Source: a bacterium
GTDB taxonomy: Bacteria > Methylomirabilota > Methylomirabilia > CAVQYV01
Reading direction: 5' to 3'
Assembly (NCBI GenBank): GCA_043800755.1
Contig: JAZDMQ010000047.1
Span: 1-38,477, forward strand
DNA length: 38,477 nucleotides
Shown: positions 9,428-19,706 of the stretch, piece after piece
Numbering within the stretch: position 1 is the stretch's first letter
Layout of the letters: every line of letters begins with the position of its first letter
Position numbers and translations under genes: made by a program
The notes under the pieces: generated by a model
Told to the model about the DNA's origin: nothing
Seen by the model: the letters and a program-made list of their open reading frames with translations, nothing else
Database searches by the model: none

Positions 9428-10765
9428 ATGGAGAGAGAGACCTCGGCCTCCCCCCAGATCGGCGATCTCCTGGAACTGGAGATAGAGAAGTTGATCTTCC
9501 AGGGCGCAGGGCTGGCGCGGTGGAAGGGGATGGTTGTTTTGCTTCCCCACTGTGCCGCAGGGGATCGCCTCGTTGCTCGGGTGAGCAAGATCAAGGGCCA
9601 CTATCTGGAAGCCGAGGCCCAGGAGATCTTGTCTCCTTCGCCAGAGCGGGTCCTTTCGCCCTGCCCTCATTTTCCTGCCTGTGGGGCGTGTCAATGGTTA
9701 CATCTGTCCCCGGCCGCGCAACGGAAATGGAAAGAGAGGATCCTGCGCGAGCAGTTGACCCCCATGGAGAGGTGGGGAAGTGTGCCGATATGGCCGATCC
9801 TCCCCGTTTCCGATCCTCTGGGCTACCGTACCCGGGCCCAGATCAAGGTAGGACGGAAGGGAAATCGAAGCCAATTGGGATTTTTCCGCCCCCGATCTTC
9901 AGAGTTGGAAGAGATTGATGTCTGCCCTCTGCTCCACCCTGACCTGCAGGGCCTCTATGCCTCTCTGCGAGCCCTGAAGTATCCCACCCTCGCTCAACTC
10001 TTTCCCGCCTTGAAGGAGATCTGGATACAGCGAGGTTTTCCCAAGGGGGAGCTGACGCTGGCCCTCTTGACCCCCTTCGGGGAAAGGCCGGCCTTGCGGC
10101 TTCTCCATCAACGATTGCGGGAAACTTGCCCGGCCCTGAGCGGAATCTCCCTGATTCGGGATCGCGAAAGAGGCTTTTATGACCAGGTGGGCAATCCTTG
10201 GGTGGAGATGACCATCGGGAACCTGGTGCTCAGGGTGGGGTCTACCTGTTTTTATCAAGTGGGGGAGAGGGGGGCGGAGGGCATCCTCCACCAGATCGAG
10301 GCATGGATCGGAAATGGAGGGCTGGGGCGGGTCTTGGACCTCTACTGTGGGGTGGGGACCTTTAGCCTTCCGCTGGCCCGCCGCGCTGAGATGGTCCTGG
10401 GGGTAGAAGCGCAGACCGAGGCGGCTCATTGGGCGCGAGAGAACGCCCAAAGGTACGGCCTTTCCCAGGTAGAGATCCTCCAGGCGGCGGCGGAGGAGGC
10501 CCTTCTTTCCCCGCTGAGGCAAGAGAGATTTGACTTGGCCCTGCTTGACCCCCCGCGCTCGGGGGTCAGCCGGAGGACCCTGGAGGGACTCCTGCGCCTT
10601 GCGCCCCCCCGGATGATTTATATCTCCTGTGATCCTTCCACCCTGGCCCGGGATCTGGGTCGCCTGATGGAGGGAGGATATCGATGCCAAAGGGTCCAAC
10701 CCTTGGACCTCTTTCCCCAGACCTATCACCTGGAGACCCTGGTCCTGTTGGAAAGGATTATTTGA
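9428..10765 (+). CDS. rlmD: 23S rRNA m5U methyltransferase, RlmD/RumA family
   Basis: TRAM N-terminus, CPHFPACGAC Fe-S motif, LDLYCGVG, DPPRSG, YISCDP, DLFPQTYHLE. Confidence 0.92.
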   Translation: MERETSASPQIGDLLELEIEKLIFQGAGLARWKGMVVLLPHCAAGDRLVARVSKIKGHYLEAEAQEILSPSPERVLSPCPHFPACGACQWLHLSPAAQRKWKERILREQLTPMERWGSVPIWPILPVSDPLGYRTRAQIKVGRKGNRSQLGFFRPRSSELEEIDVCPLLHPDLQGLYASLRALKYPTLAQLFPALKEIWIQRGFPKGELTLALLTPFGERPALRLLHQRLRETCPALSGISLIRDRERGFYDQVGNPWVEMTIGNLVLRVGSTCFYQVGERGAEGILHQIEAWIGNGGLGRVLDLYCGVGTFSLPLARRAEMVLGVEAQTEAAHWARENAQRYGLSQVEILQAAAEEALLSPLRQERFDLALLDPPRSGVSRRTLEGLLRLAPPRMIYISCDPSTLARDLGRLMEGGYRCQRVQPLDLFPQTYHLETLVLLERII

Positions 10766-10777
10766 CCGGTGCCTCCC

Positions 10778-10808
10778 TTGACAAATTGCCCGGGGGTGAT
10801 GATATAAT
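10778..10808 (+). promoter_or_regulatory. Sigma-70 promoter for pgsA-plsY-ptsI
   Basis: TTGACA (10778-10783) and TATAAT (10803-10808) with extended -10 TG; the 19-nt spacer is long. Confidence 0.6.
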
Positions 10809-10867
10809 GGCCTCCCAGGAACCTGTCTTCCTTCGGCCTCTCACTCGCGTCGGATCCTCAGAAAGCC

Positions 10868-11398
10868 ATGAAAAAAAGAATACTCCTCAACCTTCCGAAT
10901 ACCTTAACCCTCGGCCGGATCTTTCTGGTTCCCCTCTTGGTGGTTTTCCTCATCTCCTCTTCGCGGATTAATAGCCTGATCGCCGCGGCCATTTTCCTGG
11001 CGGCTTCCTTTACCGACTGGCTCGACGGCCACATTGCCCGCAAGACGCGTCAAATCACCACGCTGGGAAAACTGTTGGATCCGCTGGCGGATAAACTCCT
11101 GGTCTCTGCGGCCTTCATCTCTCTGGTGCAAGGCGGGCGGATCCCGGCCTGGATGGTAGTGGTCATCGTGTGCCGCGAGCTTGCAATCACCGGCCTCAGA
11201 GGAATCGCGGCCTCTAAGAAGCTGGTGGTGGCTTCTAGCTGGTGGGGAAAATACAAGATGCTCGCTCAGATCCTGGCTATTATGCTCTTGATACTGGATG
11301 TTCCTTGGGCGATGGTCGCCGCTTGGGTCGCCCTGGCCCTGACCCTGATCTCGGGCATTGACTATGCCGTGAAATTCGTAGGGGGTAACTTGGAGTGA
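10868..11398 (+). CDS. pgsA: CDP-diacylglycerol--glycerol-3-phosphate 3-phosphatidyltransferase
   Basis: NLPNTLTLGR; DWLDGHIARK...GKLLDPLADK CDP-alcohol phosphotransferase motif. Confidence 0.96.
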   Translation: MKKRILLNLPNTLTLGRIFLVPLLVVFLISSSRINSLIAAAIFLAASFTDWLDGHIARKTRQITTLGKLLDPLADKLLVSAAFISLVQGGRIPAWMVVVIVCRELAITGLRGIAASKKLVVASSWWGKYKMLAQILAIMLLILDVPWAMVAAWVALALTLISGIDYAVKFVGGNLE

Positions 11399-11997
11399 TA
11401 TCCGAGGTACTCGCGATCGCCGTCGCCTATCTGGTGGGAGCGATCCCGTTCGGCCTTCTCGTTGCCAAGCTCCAAAAGGGAATTGATATTCGAGAGCACG
11501 GGAGTGGCAACATTGGGACCTCCAATGTCCTACGGACGCTGGGGAAGCGGGCCGCCCTCTTGACATTGGCGGGAGACATCCTCAAGGGCTACCTGCCCAT
11601 CCTGCTTGCACGGGGTTTGGGGGTTTCTGAACTGTGGATGACCGTTGTGGGCCTGGCGGCCGTTATCGGCCACAACTGGCCGGTTTATGCTGGCTTTCGC
11701 GGCGGAAAGGGAGTTGCCACCAGTTTCGGCGCCTCGCTGGGAATCATGCCCCGGATGGCGGGCCTGGCCCTCCTCGTCTATATCGTGGTGGCCACCATGG
11801 CCCGATATACCTCTCTGGCGGCCTTGATCAGCAGTGCCAGCCTGCTCCTATGGGTGCATCTCTTCAAGGCCTCCCGTGCCCAGGTCTTGTTTGCCGCAAT
11901 CGCCGCCGCCCTCATCTACCTTCGGCATCGGGAGAACATCCAGAGGCTCCTCCGTGGGACTGAACGGAAGATTGGCCAGAGGGTAGGGGTTCGATGA
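11395..11997 (+). CDS. plsY: Glycerol-3-phosphate acyltransferase
   Basis: YLVGAIPFG, GSGNIGTSNVLR, GHNWPVY.GFRGGKGVAT, RHRENIQRL..GTE. Confidence 0.97.
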   Translation: MISEVLAIAVAYLVGAIPFGLLVAKLQKGIDIREHGSGNIGTSNVLRTLGKRAALLTLAGDILKGYLPILLARGLGVSELWMTVVGLAAVIGHNWPVYAGFRGGKGVATSFGASLGIMPRMAGLALLVYIVVATMARYTSLAALISSASLLLWVHLFKASRAQVLFAAIAAALIYLRHRENIQRLLRGTERKIGQRVGVR

Positions 11998-13733
11998 AGA
12001 GATCAATCTGCACCCGGATCCATGGAGTCGGGGCCTCGCCTGGCCTGGCGATAGGGAAGGCGATGGTCTATGGGCGAGTCCGGCCCAAGGTCTATCGGCG
12101 CAAGATCTTGGAATCCGAGATCTCCCGGGAGCTGAAGCGATGGCAGGAAGCCCTGGATCAGGCGATGGAGGAGACCAGGCGACTTCAGTCCAAGGTGGAA
12201 CACGAGGCCGGAGAGGCGCAAGCAGAGATTTTTTCCGCTCACCTCCTGATGCTCTCCGACCCCCTCTTGACCTCCGAGGTGGAGAGGGAGATTGCAGAGG
12301 GGCAGGTGAATGCCGAGTTTGCTCTGATAGAGGTAACGCAAAGCCTCAAGAGCAATTTTCAATCCATGCAGGACCCCTATCTGAAGCTGCGCGCGATCGA
12401 TATCCAGGACCTCGAAGATCGACTTCTCGGCCACCTGGCTAGCTTCTACTCGGCTCCCCCTGCGCCCGCGGGGCCCACCATCCTGGTCGCCCACGAAGTT
12501 TGCCCCTCGGAGGTCGCCCAATTAGACCGGGAGAAGATTGTGGGGCTGGCCCTGGACTCTGGTGGCCGAACCTCACACTCCATCATCCTTGCCCGCTCCA
12601 TGAATATCCCGGTGGTGGTGGGTTTGAGGGATGTCTCCGAAAAGGTGGGGGAAGGGGAACTCATCATCTTGGATGGGAGTCTGGGGGAATTGATCCTGGA
12701 TCCGCCTCCGGAGGTGGTCGCCGAATATGAGAAGAGGAGGGAGAGAGAGGAACTATCTCTGCTCGAGCTGGAGGAGGTGCGGGCCCTTCCCGCCGTCACC
12801 CGGGATGGAAGGGCGATCCACCTCTTGGCGAATGTGACCAATGTGGAGGAGTCAGTTGCGGCCTTGAAGGCCTCGGCCGAGGGGATCGGCCTGTTTCGCA
12901 CCGAGTTCCTCTTTCTGAATCGCCCTACCCTCCCCCGGGAAGAAGAGCAATTTGAGTCCTACCGCCATCTGGTGGAGGTGATGGGAGATCGTCCAACGGT
13001 GATTCGCACCTTGGATGTGGGCGGCGACAATCCGATCTTCTCCATCTCCGAGAGGGGGGAGGCGAACCCGTTCCTGGGAACGCGTTCCCTCCGGCTTTGC
13101 CTCGAGCACCCGGAGCTTTTCCGCACGCAACTGCGGGCAATCCTGCGAGCTGGACTCTGGGGCAGGCTGAAAATCATGTTCCCCATGGTTGCCACGGTTC
13201 AGGACCTGCAGGAGGCCTTGGAACTCTTGCGGGAGACTGAGCGGGGATTGCAGCGGGATGGGGTGCCGCACCGGGAGGAGATCGAGGTCGGGATTATGTT
13301 AGAGGTTCCCTCGGCGGCCCTGACTCTGGACCTATTGGCCCCCCAAGTGGATTTCTTCAGCATCGGCACCAACGACCTTTTTCAGTATACCTTGGCCATC
13401 GACCGCACCAACGAAAGGCTGGCCAGCCGCTATGGATCATTGGACCCTGCCATCCTCAGACTGGTGAAGGGGATGGTCGAAGCGGCCAAAGCGGCAGGGA
13501 AACCCCTTTCCGTTTGCGGGGAGATGGCGGGAGAAGCCCTGGCCCTGCCTCTGTTGGTGGGATTGGGAGTAGAGGAGCTCAGCATGTCCGTTTCTGCGCT
13601 CCTGCCGGCGAAACGCATCATCAGGCAAATATCGACGGCTGAGGCGTATGACCTAACCCAGGTATGCCTTCGAGAAAGGACAGCGAAGGGGATAGAAAGG
13701 CTATCCACTGAGTTCCTCGGGAAATTTGACTGA
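11994..13733 (+). CDS. ptsI: Phosphoenolpyruvate--protein phosphotransferase (PTS enzyme I)
   Basis: GGRTSHS phospho-His, EGIGLFRTEFLF, RTLDVGGD, FFSIGTNDL, VCGEMAG; no N-terminal GAF domain. Confidence 0.95.
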   Translation: MKRSICTRIHGVGASPGLAIGKAMVYGRVRPKVYRRKILESEISRELKRWQEALDQAMEETRRLQSKVEHEAGEAQAEIFSAHLLMLSDPLLTSEVEREIAEGQVNAEFALIEVTQSLKSNFQSMQDPYLKLRAIDIQDLEDRLLGHLASFYSAPPAPAGPTILVAHEVCPSEVAQLDREKIVGLALDSGGRTSHSIILARSMNIPVVVGLRDVSEKVGEGELIILDGSLGELILDPPPEVVAEYEKRREREELSLLELEEVRALPAVTRDGRAIHLLANVTNVEESVAALKASAEGIGLFRTEFLFLNRPTLPREEEQFESYRHLVEVMGDRPTVIRTLDVGGDNPIFSISERGEANPFLGTRSLRLCLEHPELFRTQLRAILRAGLWGRLKIMFPMVATVQDLQEALELLRETERGLQRDGVPHREEIEVGIMLEVPSAALTLDLLAPQVDFFSIGTNDLFQYTLAIDRTNERLASRYGSLDPAILRLVKGMVEAAKAAGKPLSVCGEMAGEALALPLLVGLGVEELSMSVSALLPAKRIIRQISTAEAYDLTQVCLRERTAKGIERLSTEFLGKFD

Positions 13734-13773
13734 TCGATACCCCCATTTCGGCTGCCCCACTTCACGAAACCCC

Positions 13774-13827
13774 TTGACAAGACTCTTCCGAACGCATTAT
13801 TCTGCAAAATGACTGATCGTTCAGTCA
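13774..13827 (+). promoter_or_regulatory. Sigma-70 promoter plus palindromic TetR-type operator for the exporter operon
   Basis: TTGACA 13774-13779, TATTCT 13798-13803, then TGACTGA-TCGT-TCAGTCA 13810-13827 over the expected +1. Confidence 0.7.
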
Positions 13828-13930
13828 CTCAAGATCGGAAGGCGTAAAGCAATGCCAGGGAGAACAAGGAATTGGAGAGGTTGGAACTCTTTGTCCGGCA
13901 AAGAAGAAGAAAGAAGAGAGGAGGAAGAAA

Positions 13931-15586
13931 TTGAAGAAAACGAGCTTCATCTTGGCAGGGCTCATCATGGTTTTGCTTTGGGGCTCTTGTTCTCTTGGTT
14001 GGGCCCAAAGCGAATCTCGTTGGGAGAGGGTGGCTGTCCCTTACCTCGGGGCGCCCAGGTACCAGTTGGCAGAGGCTAAAGGGCCTGAGGTCTCAGGCGG
14101 TGCGGGACAAGCAGAGGCCGGGGGCCCAGGGGAGCCGTTGCTCCTCTCCCTTCAGGATTGTATCGGCATGGCCCTCAAGAGCAACCTCGATATTGCGGTG
14201 GAGGGCTACAATCCCAAAATGAGCGCAGAGGACATTCGCCGGGAGAAGGCGGCCTTTGACCCTCTTTTCTACACGGGCGCCTATTACTATGAATATTATT
14301 TGCCCACCAACAACGCCTTCTATTTGAAGTACGCGTCCGGTTTGACTATATTTCCGGACAAGCACGATAACCGAGATCTGAATGCCGGGTGGAAGCAGCA
14401 GCTGGTTACGGGCACGAGCTATGAACTCAGATATGACAATGACCGGTGGTATTCGCGGCTGGATCCTGCGCTCAACAGCAACTTCTATCTCTTCAATCCG
14501 AACTACACCTCCGTCCTCTCCCTCACCCTGAGCCAGTCCTTGCTGCGTAATTTCGGGATCGATGTCAATAAAACCAAGATCTACATTGCTCAGAACAATA
14601 GAAACATCTCCTTGCAGCAATTCCGCAGTCGGGTCTTTTCCGTCATGTCCGAGGTTCAGAGCGTCTATTGGGATCTGGCTTATGCCCTGGACAACCTGGA
14701 GGTCAATCGCCGGTCCCTCAGACTGGCCCAGAATCTATTGGAGATCAACAAGGTCAAGGTGAAGGTGGGGACGATGGCTCCTCTGGAGATTGTGGCGGCG
14801 GAGGCAGAGGTCGCGGCCAGGGAAGAAGGGGTGATCGTGGCCGAAAACCTCATCTGGAGCGTGGAGGATAAGCTGCGAAGGATTATAAACCTTCCCAGCG
14901 AGTCCCAGATGTGGGACAGGTCGATCAAGCCCTCCGACAAGCCCACCTTTGTCGCCCAACAGGCGTCGGTCGAGGAGAGCCTGAAACGGGCCCTGGAGCT
15001 GCGGCCCGACTATTCCCAGGCGAAGATCGATCTATCCAACAAGGACATCTATCGGAAATTCGCTCGGAATCAGGTCTTTCCCTCCTTGAACCTGCAAGGG
15101 TCCGCGGGCCTGAATGGCATCGGAGATACCTATCACGATAATTTTCGGGCCCTGAGGGGCGGCGACTATTATAGCTATTCCGTGGGATTGGTCCTGGAGG
15201 TCCCGATCGGCAACCGCTCTGCCCGGGCAGAGTACACCAAGGCCTCCCTCGATCAAGAGAAATCGAAGACCAGCCTGACCAACCTGGAGCAGAAGATTAC
15301 CCTTGAAATCCGGGAGGCGATCCGCCAGATTCAGACCAATCTGAAACGCATGGAGGCCACCAGGAGGGCCCGGATCTTGGCCGAGAAGAAATTGGAGGTG
15401 GAGGAGAAGAAGTTGAATGTAGGGATGTCCACCAACTTTGAGGTATTGCAGTATCAGAAGGATCTGTTGGTGGCTGAGACCAATGAGATCAAGGCCCTGA
15501 TCGATTACAATAAGTCCCTGGTCAGCCTGGAGCAGGCTGAGGGCACCATCCTGGAAAAGCACAATGTCCAGTTGAAGGAGAGTTGA
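13931..15586 (+). CDS. TolC family outer-membrane efflux protein
   Basis: Signal peptide, two outer-membrane efflux repeats (LSLTLSQSLL, V..VYWDL, FPSLNL, GLVLEVPIGNR); TTG start after GAGGA. Confidence 0.92.
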   Translation: MKKTSFILAGLIMVLLWGSCSLGWAQSESRWERVAVPYLGAPRYQLAEAKGPEVSGGAGQAEAGGPGEPLLLSLQDCIGMALKSNLDIAVEGYNPKMSAEDIRREKAAFDPLFYTGAYYYEYYLPTNNAFYLKYASGLTIFPDKHDNRDLNAGWKQQLVTGTSYELRYDNDRWYSRLDPALNSNFYLFNPNYTSVLSLTLSQSLLRNFGIDVNKTKIYIAQNNRNISLQQFRSRVFSVMSEVQSVYWDLAYALDNLEVNRRSLRLAQNLLEINKVKVKVGTMAPLEIVAAEAEVAAREEGVIVAENLIWSVEDKLRRIINLPSESQMWDRSIKPSDKPTFVAQQASVEESLKRALELRPDYSQAKIDLSNKDIYRKFARNQVFPSLNLQGSAGLNGIGDTYHDNFRALRGGDYYSYSVGLVLEVPIGNRSARAEYTKASLDQEKSKTSLTNLEQKITLEIREAIRQIQTNLKRMEATRRARILAEKKLEVEEKKLNVGMSTNFEVLQYQKDLLVAETNEIKALIDYNKSLVSLEQAEGTILEKHNVQLKES

Positions 15587-15633
15587 GGCCGACCCCTGGC
15601 TGGGCCCCTGCCTCCTGATCACCGTCTGGCGGC

Positions 15634-16893
15634 ATGGGCCCTTTTATTATGGGAAAGAATCAGATATGGCGGCGATTGCGATTCACCCTCCTCTCCCTGC
15701 TGGTTATCGGGGCGCTGGCGGGAGTGCTCTATCTCTATTATCTGAAAAAGAGCCAGGTCCCGGTCAAGGCAGGAGAGGTAAAACGGGGGGAGATGCTGAT
15801 CACGGTCTCCTCCACCACCACCGGAACTATCGAATCAGATGACCAGGTGACTCTCAGCGGGCAGGCGGTGGGGAGGCTCCATCGCTTTCTGGTGGAGGAG
15901 GGGGATCCGGTGAGCAAAGGTCAGCTGATCGCGCAACTGGACCCGGAGGAGGCCCGAGCTCAACTTCAGCTCGCAGAGGCGAATCTGCAATCGGCCCGCG
16001 CCCGGCTGCAACAGGCTGAGGCGGGAGTGGTCATGCAAGATACTCAGATAAAGTCCGACATCTCCCAGACTCGGGCCAATCTCGAAAAGGCCGAGGGCGA
16101 TCTGCACCGCATCGAAGACCTCCATCGGGGAGGCTACGCCTCGCAACAGCAATTGGATGTGGTTCGAGCGGAGTGCGAGGTGGCGAGGGCGGCTCACCAA
16201 TCGGCGGTTTCCCGGATAGATGAGAACATCGTGAAGGCCCGGGATGTGGCAGCCGCCAGGGCGGTGGTGAAACAGATGGAGGCCTCCTGGGAGCTGGCGA
16301 AACTGCAGTTGGGCTTCACCGAGATCCGTTCGCCGCTGGCGGGAGTGGTCTCCGAAAGACTGATCGAGAAAGGGGAGTTGGTTCGGGTGGGGACGCCCAT
16401 TGTCAGCCTGGTCGATCCCAAAAAACTCTATGTGAAGGCGACGATTGACGAGTTCGATGCGCAGAAGGTCCGATTGGGACAGGAGGTTCTGATCAGCGTC
16501 GATGCCTTTCCGGGGGAGACCCTCCAGGGCAAGGTCTATCAGATCTCCCCCGTTGTATCCGGGGGCAAATTGGAGACCCGGACCTTCACTGTGAAGGTCT
16601 CCATTGAAGGGAATTGCCCGGTCAAGGCGGGGATGTCTGCCGATATCGAGATCGTGGTCTCCAGGCTAAGAGATGTCCTCTTCCTCCCCTCCCTGGCCGT
16701 GGTGGAGAAGGAGGCCCGTCGGTTTGCCTTGGTGGTGGAGGGTTCGCGGGTTCGGCTGCGTCCCCTCGAGGTCGGAGATTCAAACTGGACCTATGTGCAG
16801 ATCAAGGGTGGGTTGTCGGCGGGCAATCAGGTGGTGCTCAATCCGGATTTGAGCAAGCTCAAGGATGGGCAGAGGGTGAAGGTGCAGAGATGA
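15634..16893 (+). CDS. MacA/HlyD-like periplasmic adaptor subunit
   Basis: N-terminal TM anchor, lipoyl half-motifs ([26 protein letters not shown]), alpha-helical hairpin. Confidence 0.92.
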   Translation: MGPFIMGKNQIWRRLRFTLLSLLVIGALAGVLYLYYLKKSQVPVKAGEVKRGEMLITVSSTTTGTIESDDQVTLSGQAVGRLHRFLVEEGDPVSKGQLIAQLDPEEARAQLQLAEANLQSARARLQQAEAGVVMQDTQIKSDISQTRANLEKAEGDLHRIEDLHRGGYASQQQLDVVRAECEVARAAHQSAVSRIDENIVKARDVAAARAVVKQMEASWELAKLQLGFTEIRSPLAGVVSERLIEKGELVRVGTPIVSLVDPKKLYVKATIDEFDAQKVRLGQEVLISVDAFPGETLQGKVYQISPVVSGGKLETRTFTVKVSIEGNCPVKAGMSADIEIVVSRLRDVLFLPSLAVVEKEARRFALVVEGSRVRLRPLEVGDSNWTYVQIKGGLSAGNQVVLNPDLSKLKDGQRVKVQR

Positions 16894-17570
16894 TTAGGGT
16901 GTCTGATTTGAGGAAGGTGTATGTGGCCGGAGAAATCAAAGTGGAGGCCCTCCGGGGGATCTCTTTTATGATCGCACCAAAGGAGTTCTTGGCCATCATG
17001 GGACCTTCGGGCTCCGGGAAGTCCACCCTGATGAATGTCTTGGGCTGCCTCGATCGCCCCAGTAACGGATCCTATCAGCTGGAGGGAGTTGAGGCTTCCC
17101 AGATGGACGACAATCAGCTGGCCAGCCTGCGCAATCGCAAGATCGGCTTTGTCTTCCAAAACTATAACCTCCTGCCGCGCATGAATGCCCTCAAGAATGC
17201 CGAACTCCCCCTGGTCTACAGTGGCGTCTCCCGGCAGGAGCGCCGGAAGCGGGCGGCTGCGGCCCTGGAGGCGGTGGGCCTGACAGGGCGGATTGAGCAT
17301 CGGCCGAATGAGCTATCGGGCGGAGAACAGCAGCGGGTGGCGATTGCCCGCGCACTGGTGAACCATCCCTCTCTGATCTTGGCGGATGAGCCCACGGGTA
17401 ATCTGGATAGTCAAGCCGGCGAGGAGATCCTGGCGCTCTTCCGGCGCCTCAATGAGGGGGGAGTGACCATCGTGCTGGTGACCCACGATCCTTCGATCGG
17501 GGCCAAGACCCAACGGGTCCTCCACCTTCGGGACGGCCTCCTGGTCTCTGACGAAAGGAGAGGGGCTTAA
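16890..17570 (+). CDS. MacB/LolD-like ABC transporter ATP-binding protein
   Basis: ATG overlaps upstream [41 protein letters not shown]. Confidence 0.95.
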   Translation: MIRVSDLRKVYVAGEIKVEALRGISFMIAPKEFLAIMGPSGSGKSTLMNVLGCLDRPSNGSYQLEGVEASQMDDNQLASLRNRKIGFVFQNYNLLPRMNALKNAELPLVYSGVSRQERRKRAAAALEAVGLTGRIEHRPNELSGGEQQRVAIARALVNHPSLILADEPTGNLDSQAGEEILALFRRLNEGGVTIVLVTHDPSIGAKTQRVLHLRDGLLVSDERRGA

Positions 17571-17572
17571 GG

Positions 17573-18781
17573 ATGGACCTGACAGAGAACTTCCGTCTCT
17601 CCCTGGAGACGCTCTCCTCCAACAAGATCCGGTCGTTCCTCACCATGCTGGGGGTGATCATTGGGGTATCAGCGGTGATCCTCTTGGTGTCCATCGGGGA
17701 AGGGGCCAAGGAATATGTCTCTCAGGAACTGGCGGGCCTGGGCACCAATCTCCTCATCCTCACCCCGGGGAAGACGAGCACCGCCGGGGGGTTTCATCCC
17801 CCTTCGGCAGGGACGGTGCGTAAGATGACTTACGAGGACTCCCTGGCCATCAAGCGGCGTTGCCCGGCAGTAACCGAGTCCTGCCCGATCGTGCTGGGTA
17901 CGGGAAAGATCAAACATCAGAACCTGAGTCGCGACACCACCATCCTGGGAGTGACCCCGGAATTTGAAAGGGTGCGCAACCTCCACCTGGAGATCGGGCG
18001 CTTTGTGACCCAGGAGGATGTGGATGCACGGCGTCGGGTGGTGGTCCTGGGGCAGACGGTCAAGCGGGAGCTCTTTGGGGATGCGAACCCGCTGGGCCGG
18101 ATGGTTACCGTCAGCGACGCCAAATATCGGGTGGTGGGCCTGATGACTCATAAGGGGATGAGCCTGGGATTTGACATCGATGATGTCCTCTTCGTCCCGG
18201 TGAAGTCGGCTCAGGAGCTCTTCGACACCGATCGGCTCTTCGAGATCATCGTAGCTGCCCTCACCCCCCAGGATATCGACCGGGCGACCGCCGAGATCAA
18301 AGAGGTCCTCATCAGGCGCCACGCCAACAAAGAGGACTTCACCATTGTAAGTCAGGGGGCAATGCTTTCCACCATGCAGACCATCCTCAATGTGTTGACC
18401 GGGGTGCTGGGGGGGATAGCGGCCATCTCCTTAGTGGTGGGTGGGATTGGGATCATGAACATCATGTTGGTCTCGGTGCGGGAGAGGACACGGGAGATCG
18501 GGATTCGCAAGGCGATCGGGGCCAAGAACCGCGATATCTTGAGTCAATTCCTGATCGAATCCGTCACCTTGAGCCTGTTGGGGGGCGTGGTGGGAATCCT
18601 CCTCGGGGCCGGGGGGGCCGTCCTGGCCTCCTTCCTCTTCTCCTACATTCCTACCAAAATTTCGCTCTGGTCTGTTTCCTTAGCCTTCTTTTTCTCCGCC
18701 GCAGTGGGCATATTCTTCGGGGTATACCCCGCCCGCCGCGCCTCGCTGCTGGATCCGATTACCGCACTCCGATATGAGTAA
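17573..18781 (+). CDS. MacB/FtsX-like ABC permease
   Basis: RSFLTMLGVIIGV, GGIGIMNIMLVSVRERTREIGIRKAIGA, GVYPARRA.LDPI.ALRYE. Confidence 0.95.
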   Translation: MDLTENFRLSLETLSSNKIRSFLTMLGVIIGVSAVILLVSIGEGAKEYVSQELAGLGTNLLILTPGKTSTAGGFHPPSAGTVRKMTYEDSLAIKRRCPAVTESCPIVLGTGKIKHQNLSRDTTILGVTPEFERVRNLHLEIGRFVTQEDVDARRRVVVLGQTVKRELFGDANPLGRMVTVSDAKYRVVGLMTHKGMSLGFDIDDVLFVPVKSAQELFDTDRLFEIIVAALTPQDIDRATAEIKEVLIRRHANKEDFTIVSQGAMLSTMQTILNVLTGVLGGIAAISLVVGGIGIMNIMLVSVRERTREIGIRKAIGAKNRDILSQFLIESVTLSLLGGVVGILLGAGGAVLASFLFSYIPTKISLWSVSLAFFFSAAVGIFFGVYPARRASLLDPITALRYE

Positions 18782-18812
18782 AAACCCCAGGAAAATTTTT
18801 GGCCCGGGCCGA

Positions 18813-19706
18813 TTACTTCCCCAGGCCCCTGTCCAGATCAGGTCCTGAGGGGTCGGGCTTCCCTTCCTTTTTCCTCCACTCCAGAATCTCCTCCACCGCC
18901 TCCTCGACGGTCAAAGGGATTCCCATGTCCAGGCCCGATTCCTTTAGCCTTTGGAAAAGCGCAGCCAGGAGTGGGGGATCCAGGTTAGAGTCGAAGAAGC
19001 GCTCCGCATTGGAGAAGATATCACGGGGAGAGCCTTGGGAGACGATCTCGCCTCCCTTCACCAGCATGTAGACGGAATCGGCAAAATGAGAAACCAAATT
19101 AACATCGTGAGTGGTCATTACGATGGTCATGCCACCCTGGCCATGGAGTTGGTTGAAGAGGGAGATGAGATCCATGCGAGATTTCGGGTCCAGGCCTTCC
19201 AAAGGTTCATCTAAAATCAACAACTCGGGTCTTAACACCAGGGCACCGGCCAGGGCCACCTTTCTTCTCTCGCCCTCGCTCAGGTAATGGCAGATCTTGC
19301 TCCCGAGGGAAGCGATCCCTACCTGTTCCAGGGATCGCTCGACCATCTCATTCACCTCTTTCTCCGAAAAGCGAAAATTCCGCGGGGAAAAGGCGACATC
19401 GTCCCAAACGGTGGGGGCGATAATCTGGTCGTTCACGTCCTGAAGCAGTACTCCGATGCGGCTGCGAATCTTCTCATACTCTTTCGCCGGATCGTGGCCG
19501 AAGACCAGCACTACCCCTTCGTGAGGCTCCAGGAGGCCCAGGAGGTGGTGGAGCAGGGTTGACTTCCCGGACCCGTTCGGGCCCAGGATCACCACCCGCT
19601 CTCCCTCGTGGACCACAAAGTCCAGGCCACAGAGGTAAACCTGGGTTCGATCCGGGTAGATATGCTTGACGCAGCTCACCTTGATGATCTCTTTTGCGGG
19701 CGTCAT
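18813..19706 (-). CDS. cbiO: ECF transporter ATPase (CbiO/NikO-like)
   Basis: GPNGSGKST, QIIAPTVWDDVAF, LSEGERRKVALAG, LDEP..GLDP, TTHD. Confidence 0.88.
   Translation of the reverse strand: MTPAKEIIKVSCVKHIYPDRTQVYLCGLDFVVHEGERVVILGPNGSGKSTLLHHLLGLLEPHEGVVLVFGHDPAKEYEKIRSRIGVLLQDVNDQIIAPTVWDDVAFSPRNFRFSEKEVNEMVERSLEQVGIASLGSKICHYLSEGERRKVALAGALVLRPELLILDEPLEGLDPKSRMDLISLFNQLHGQGGMTIVMTTHDVNLVSHFADSVYMLVKGGEIVSQGSPRDIFSNAERFFDSNLDPPLLAALFQRLKESGLDMGIPLTVEEAVEEILEWRKKEGKPDPSGPDLDRGLGK

Noticed and set aside
16614-16889. N-terminal extension of the ABC ATPase ORF
   Set aside because: It lies inside the adaptor gene; ATG at 16890 gives a typical domain start with ATGA coupling.
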